This document shows, in pieces, positions 57,549 through 64,000 of a stretch of 64,000 nucleotides of DNA. The translations under genes and the position numbers were made by a program. The DNA is from Eledone cirrhosa (taxonomy: Eukaryota), in the NCBI GenBank assembly GCA_964016885.1, contig OZ024742.1, forward strand, positions 121,272,001 through 121,336,000. Reading direction: 5' to 3'. The notes under the pieces were generated by a model, which was given only the letters and a program-made list of their open reading frames with translations, had not been told where the DNA came from and searched no databases. Numbering within the stretch: the first letter of the stretch is position 1; every line of letters begins with the position of its first letter.

Positions 57549-58154
57549 TCAGGTCACCAGTTGGTGCTACTGGTAACATGTATCCCAGTACAACCTGTCC
57601 CATGGTCGGGTCGTTGGCGACTAAACTGGCAACCCCACCAAGGTTTCTTGGTGAGGAGGGTGACTTTGGACATCCTGCAGGACTAAAAACAAAACCAGTC
57701 AAAGGGCAAAGGAGCTCTTAAGAGTCAATGGCCATCCAAAATCACCGGGAGAGATGACCCCTTAGCCTTTGTCAAGGCAGAATTCTAGGAGAAGGAAAAC
57801 TCTGATATAACACCTGCAACCCTGATGGTATCCAATGATGTTGACTTGTTCTTCTTTTTGGTAAATATCATCTTGGTTAAGAGAGTGGGACTGGCTTTGT
57901 GCAGTGCCTTTGCTCACTATAAAAGCTTCACGGCACAGGCATTGCTTTATATCTGGAGATCTCTCTGCACTTGTCGTCACATGGTACCATGGGCCCAGCA
58001 CTGTGTCAGTAATTATCACAAGTGTAGTGTTTGTACCAGAGTTTTCAAGTCGCTGGCTGGACTAAAAAGTCACACTCGTTCAGCGCATCGGTAGGGGTTC
58101 TCCTACATGGATATAAAGTAGTGGCCGTACTCGAAAACGAGTTGGCAGCCACCA
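57549..58154 (+). mobile_element. Bipartite RTE-derived element, copy 2 (full 5' end)
   Basis: Starts TCAGGTCACC; mini-ORF 57981-58094; (TATG)n flanks. Confidence 0.82.
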
Positions 58155-58337
58155 TGTATGTATGTATGTATGTATGTATGTATGTATGTATGTATGTATG
58201 TATGTATGTATGTATGTATGTATGTGTGTGTGTGTGTGTATGTGTGTGTGTATGTGTGTGTATGTATGTATGTATGTATGTATGTATGTATGTATGTATG
58301 TATGTATGTATGTATGTATGTATGTATGTATGTATGT

Positions 58338-60805
58338 TCTTCTGGTTTTATAATTTCACAAAGTTTTACCAATAGAGAGAGAGAGTCGGTTTCTAACATA
58401 GATACAAGACTCTCTCATTGGAATTTACACAACACCAACTAGGTAGATATGTATGTATGCATCCATGTGTAGATATGGATGTTATTGTATGTGTGGATGT
58501 GGATGTTTTGAGTTGTATGTGTGCATGTGTATATGCTTTGTATCTGTACATGTGTATATGCAGTTATTAGATGCAAAACAGTTATTAGATGCAGTTGTTA
58601 GGTGCAAAACTGTTCCATTAATGGATTGTACTTGTAGTTTCCTAACTAGTTGTGTTCTTTCTGTTCCTGTGAAGCCTAGCTTCTCAAGATTTGTATTGAG
58701 GCAGTTACTAACATATCCCAGTGTCCCAATAATCACAGGCATAAATCTGAAGGTGTAATCAGGGTGGAGTATCTGCAGATTTCTCATCAGTTCTGCATAA
58801 ATATTCTCCTTTTCACTAATCTTTGATATTATATTGGTATCTGCTGGGCAGCTAATTTCCACTACTGTGCATGTTTTCTTCTCCCTGTCCCATATCATAA
58901 TATCTGGTCTGTTATGCCTACATTTTATTGGGGTTTTTACTGGAACATTCTACCAGTACTCTTTCATATTATGTACATGGATATCTTCCACATTGTTTTA
59001 GCTTTTAATGTGTTTATTATCGGGGCTATCTTTTTTACGAACTGCATTGTACAGTGTTTTGGCCACTACATCATGCCTCATAGGTAGATAGTACCGCGAT
59101 GACATCTTTGGACAGCTGCTGATGACATGGGTGATATCCTCGATGTTAGTTCTGCAGAGTCTGCACTTGTTATCACATCTAGGTGTTTTGCCTGCATCCC
59201 TATCTCTTTTGTGAATCAGGTATTTCGTGCTAATCTCCTGTTCCTGGGTGGTTGCAAAAGCGTATCCTTCAAAGTGGGAGCCAATATAGCGGTTTTGGTC
59301 CAAGATAGACTACTTTCCTTATCTATATTACTCTCACTCTGGAGCTTCCTGGCAACATATCCATACATGATTTTTTGCTGATAGGCATGCAGTTTTTCAT
59401 CCATGGATTCTCTGCGATACTGCTGAGCGATATCCCTGGGTGTGAGTTTTTGATTATCACACAGGGAATATCTCTCGAGGAGTTCCTTCCCAACTCTCAT
59501 GATCTTATCTGTTTCATGCAGATAGACTTGCTCGAGAAGCGGGCTCCTACGCTTCGAGGTCCGTGGATGTTGTCGGAGAGATATGATGCGACATTCAAAT
59601 GTTGTCTGGACTGATGTTAGGCCTCTGCCTCCTTGCTTACGTTTCAAGTAAAGGCGGTCTATGTCACTGTTGATGTGGATGTTTCCGGTGTTGTTCAGTA
59701 TTTTTCGAGTTCCAACATCAACTGCTCAGATTTCGTCTATCGTCCAATTGAGTATTCCAAACGTTGATGTTAGGACAGACACAGCAAACACATTGTGAGC
59801 CACTGTTTTGTTTTGCGCAGAGAGTTCCGATGACCAGATCTTTCTTAATCGGGTGTAGTATTCCCTGGTTACGCGTTCTTTATTCCAGATACCATTATAG
59901 GATATGTTCTCAGCTATCCCAGGTATCTGTAGCAGTCCTCATCAAATACCGGTGAAACAGTTAGACCATTGATGACAATGTTGCTAGATTGGGTTGTTGT
60001 TTTTCCCCGCTTTACAGTCATGTATGAGCATTTATCTTGGCCAAACTCCATTCCTATATCCTTTGAGAACGTTGTAACCAGGTGAAGATTTTTCTTCATC
60101 CCATCCATGTTCTTGGCATAGAGTTTCAGATCGTCCACAAAGAAGTTATGGGTTAGGTTCGTATTTCTGTCCTCCTGTGAGCCAATGATGTATCCCTCAC
60201 ATTTCTTGAGCAGAAAGGACAAGGGGTTTAATGACAAGATGAACAATATCACAGAGAGACTGTCCCCCTGAAATAAACTCCTGCAATATTTTATTTTATC
60301 AGTGAAAATAGAGTCCTCCCTCTCTTTCTTTAACCTTAGGATAGTAGCCCAAGAAGAAGACAGCCTCTCTATGGCTCTGACAATAATGTCTGGGACTTTA
60401 GCAAGTGCCTCTATCATCCAAGAGTGGGGAACAGAATCGAAAGCTTTCCTGTAGTCCAGCCAGACTGTAGTCATATTCCTCCTAAGTTGTCGCACCTCCA
60501 ACATCGCAGTTTTGTTGATTAGGAGTTGTTCAGCACATCTCCAAACCCTTTTCTTTCCAGCGGCTTGTTCATCTGTGATGATGTTATTATTTTCACAGTG
60601 ATCTTGGAGGAATAGGTTCAGGCAGGCTGTATACATCTTATACATCAGGTTCTGGCATGCAATGGGTCGGTAGTTTTTTTGCCAAGTGGATGTCTTTGTT
60701 CTTGGGGACCAGTAACGTTTGCGCTAATGTCAACCATTCTGGTATAAGTGTATCTCCCTTAAGAACTTGTTGGTAGAGGTCAGTAAGATACCTCCGATAG
60801 AATAT
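58338..60805 (-). pseudogene. Decayed 5'-truncated R4/Dong element, second family
   Basis: WLDYRKAFDSVPH, LFQGDSLS, FFVDDLKLY, GGRGL, CRLC..HVISSC, RHD, VEISCP in frameshifted ORFs; (TATG)n flanks. Confidence 0.9.
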
Positions 60806-60884
60806 TATGTATGTATTATGTATGTATGTATGTATGTATGTATGTATGTATGTATGTATGTATGTATGTATGTATGTATGTATG

Positions 60885-61470
60885 TGGTAACATGTATCCC
60901 AGTACAACCTGTCCCATGGTCGGGTCGTTGGCGACTAAACTGGCAACCCCACCAAGGTTTCTTGGTGAGGAGGGTGACTTTGGACATCCTGGAGGACTAA
61001 AAACAAAACCTGTCAAAGGGCAAAGGAGCTCTTAAGAGTCAATGGCCATCCAAAATCACTGGGAGAGATGACCCCTTAGCCTTTGTCAAGGCAGAATTCT
61101 AGGAGAAGGAAAACTCTGATATAACACCTGCAACCCTGATGATATCCAATGATGTTGACTTGTTCTTCTTTTTGGTAAATATCATCTTGGTTAAGAGAGT
61201 GGGAATGGCTTTGTGCAGTGCCTTTGCTCACTATAAAAGCTTCACGGCACAGGCATTGCTTTATATCTGGAGATCTCTCTGCACTTGTCGTCACATGGTA
61301 CCATGGGCCCAGCACTATGTGTCAATAATTGTCACAAGTGTAGTGTTTGTACCAAAGTTTTCAAGTCACTGGCCGGACTGAAAAGTCACACTCGTTCAGC
61401 GCATCGGTAGGGGTTCTCCTACATGGATATAAAGTAGTGGCCGTACTCGAAAACGAGTTGGCAGCCACCA
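60885..61470 (+). mobile_element. Bipartite RTE-derived element, copy 3 (slightly 5'-truncated)
   Basis: Mini-ORF 61303-61410; (TATG)n flanks. Confidence 0.82.
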
Positions 61471-61568
61471 TGTATGTATGTATGTATGTATGTATGTATG
61501 TATGTATGTATGTATGTATGTATGTATGTATGTATGTATGTATGTATGTATGTATGTATGTATGTATG

Positions 61569-62176
61569 TCAGGTCACCAGTTGGTGCTACTGGTAACATG
61601 TATCCCAGTACGACCTGTCCCATGGTCGGGTCGTTGGCGACTAAACTGGCAACCCCACCAAGGTTTCTTGGTGAGGAGGGTGACTTTGGACATCCTGCAG
61701 GACTAAAACCAAAACCTGTCAAAGGGCAAAGGAGCTCTTAAGAGTCAATGACCATCCAAAATCACCGGGAGAGATGACCCCTTAGCCTTTGTCGGGGCAG
61801 AATTCTAGGAGAAGGAAAACTCTGATATAGCACCTGCAACCCTGATGGTATCCAATGATGTTGACTTGTTCTTCTTTTTGGTAAATATCATCTTGGTTAA
61901 GAGAGTGGGACTGGCTTTGTGCAGTGCCTTTGCTCACTATAAAAGCTTCACGGCACAGGCATTGCTTTATATCTAGAGATCTCTCTGCACTTGTCATCAC
62001 AGGGTACAATGGGCCCAGCACTATGTGTCAGTAATTGTCACAAGTGTAGTGTTTGTACCAGAGTTTTCAAGTCGCTGGCTGGACTAAAATGTCACACTCG
62101 TTCAGCGCATCAGTAGGGGTTCTCCTACATGGATATAAAGTAGTGGCCGTACTCGAAAACGAGTTGGCAGCCACCA
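61569..62176 (+). mobile_element. Bipartite RTE-derived element, copy 4 (full 5' end)
   Basis: Same start as copy 2; mini-ORF 62009-62116. Confidence 0.82.
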
Positions 62177-62258
62177 TGTATGTATGTATGTATGTATGTA
62201 TGTATGTATGTATGTATGTATGTATGTATGTATGTATGTATGTATGTATGTATGTATG

Positions 62259-62389
62259 TTCTAATTTCCTCTATTTTCACCAATAGAGAGCCAGTTACTA
62301 ATATAGATACAAAACTCTTTCATTGGAATTTAGACAATATCAACTAGGCAAATGCGTATGTATATATGTCTGTATGTGTGTGTATATGT

Positions 62390-62421
<32 letters not shown>

Positions 62422-62965
62422 TTGTTGTCCGGCCACCGGACAAGGTTGTAAAGAAAAAGAAATGTTCACCTTGTGCAAACGTTGTCCCTTGTGCAAACAT
62501 TCATCCTTTGAATCGTACTAATGTTTTACAAATTTGAAGGTTCCAGATTTTGCAGACATTTGTAGCTTATACATTAAAGAGCGACGTTCTTTCTTCTCAA
62601 ATTCAAGATGAGTCTTATTTTGATCCAGGCTGGCTGGCATATATCTCGTAGCTCCAATAATTGTAGGTATGAAGCTGAAAGTGTATCTTTGGTATTGAAT
62701 TTATAAACTATTCATCAATGGTCCATAGAAATCCTCCTTTCCGTGTATTTTTCTTATTATATTGACATCGAGTAGGCTGCTGACTTTTACAACAGAGCAT
62801 ATTTTTAATGTGTGGTCCCAAACAACAGTAGCAGTCCGATTGTGTTTTAATTTGGTGGCGGTTTATATTTTTAGGTTCCATCAGTATTCATTTGAGCCAT
62901 CAGTCTCAACATATTTCTCTCCATTTGTATTTATTTTCGTCTTCCTTAGTGCATTCCAGTCGTTA
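62259..62965 (-). pseudogene. Older Dong-like 3' fragment (third lineage)
   Basis: rc resembles the RLE end (WNALRK..ATKLKHNR..VWDHTLK..GPLM..LQIQY). 62259-62350 resembles 58338-58445. Confidence 0.75.
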
Positions 62966-63433
62966 CTGTATGAAGAATTGTTTTTGTTATGAAGGCTGAA
63001 ACATTGATTACGTGTAATCAATGTTTCAGCATTGTAAAAAAATATTTTCAAGTTTTGAAAAAGATAACATTACCGTAAATATACATACATTTATGTCTAT
63101 ATACTATACTATATACAACATGAAAAAAAAAAAAAAGAGGTTCATTTGTATATGACTTTAATTCTCTTAACATATTCCTAAAAGATCTGGCACAATTATA
63201 CCAGCGTCAGCTCGGAGTTGATCAATTTGATCTGGATAATGACAAAGTTGAAGGGATAACTTTCTTAGAAATCATGCATATTTTTCCACTTTCGAAATTT
63301 CCTTGGAAATACCCCTACATCGGACATAAACAGTTCATTTTACTTTCATGCACAGGTGGATTTGGATGTACTTCATCGGAAGACGAGTTTCTAAAAAAAA
63401 ATCTATTTATGGTGAACACCTTTAGTTTATATA

Positions 63434-63976
63434 CGAGGGGGCTACAAAATATTCGTGGTAAAAGCACATAGCTAAAAATCATATCCAGGGATTTTGATCT
63501 GAATGCGCCTGCACGTTCTTGTACTAACGTGTCATAAAATGTTCTAACATGAAACATTAAATGCATGTTGCAACGCGGCACCGCCTGTCGGAAGTAAGCA
63601 CCTGCTTGAGCAGCATAGCCTCCCTCAAAATATCAAATTCATAGTGAGTCTAGAGTGGAAGAACAGCCAAATCATTGACGCTCTGGAGCAAGTTTATGGA
63701 GACAATGTCCCAAAGAAATCAACAACCTACAAATGGATAAGTCATTTTAGAAGTGGAAGAGATTGAAGTGGATCACCAGTTGAAGATGTGAAAAAACACG
63801 CTTTGACACGGTTTAAATCACATGGTCCTCAGTTTTACACAGATGGACCTAAAGGCTGGTATCAACTCTTGCAGAAGTGTATTGACCTAGATGGAGAATA
63901 TGTTGAAAATAAACATCATAACTTAAACCGTTTTTTCCAACTGTCCTTTTTCAAAAAAACATTTGAAGCACCCTCT
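63434..63976 (+). mobile_element. Internally deleted mariner (Hsmar2/irritans-like)
   Basis: TA|CGAGGGGG...CACCCTCT|TA. N-terminal IKFIVSLEWKNSQIIDALEQVYGDNVPKKSTTYKWISHFRSGR is joined to C-terminal VKKHALTRFKSHGPQFYTDGPKGWYQLLQKCIDLDGEYVE; the DDD core is missing. Confidence 0.85.
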
Positions 63977-64000
63977 TACACATAGTTAAACACGTATGCT

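Overview
AT-rich, repeat-dense animal DNA, most likely a cephalopod (octopod-type tRNA-SINEs, RTE and Dong LINEs); the organism call is inference. There is one host gene: a 10-exon NUFIP1 orthologue (+, 6261-24844, about 388 aa, all GT-AG introns with consistent phases). The rest is transposable-element material. (i) A near-identical tandem LTR-int-LTR-int-LTR array of a non-coding LTR element with a tRNA-Trp PBS (1-3568). (ii) A 5'-truncated but uninterrupted RTE LINE with a PHD finger in NUFIP1 intron 8. (iii) A full-length intact R4/Dong-clade RT+RLE element (35468-38977) plus three fragments, tied to (CATA)n/(TATG)n repeats. (iv) A ~600-bp bipartite RTE-derived non-autonomous family whose four copies all keep a 35-37 aa C2H2 zinc-finger mini-ORF and sit in the same microsatellite. 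(v) An ~10-kb Penelope-like cluster with seven hammerhead motifs, six of them with a 61-82 nt domain in stem II and a non-Watson-Crick 10.1:11.1 pair. Also present: CRE-clade RT relics, a non-autonomous Helitron, hAT, pogo and piggyBac-type MITEs, an Hsmar2-like mariner deletion derivative, SINEs and minisatellites. All calls are by eye; no searches or folding programs were run.
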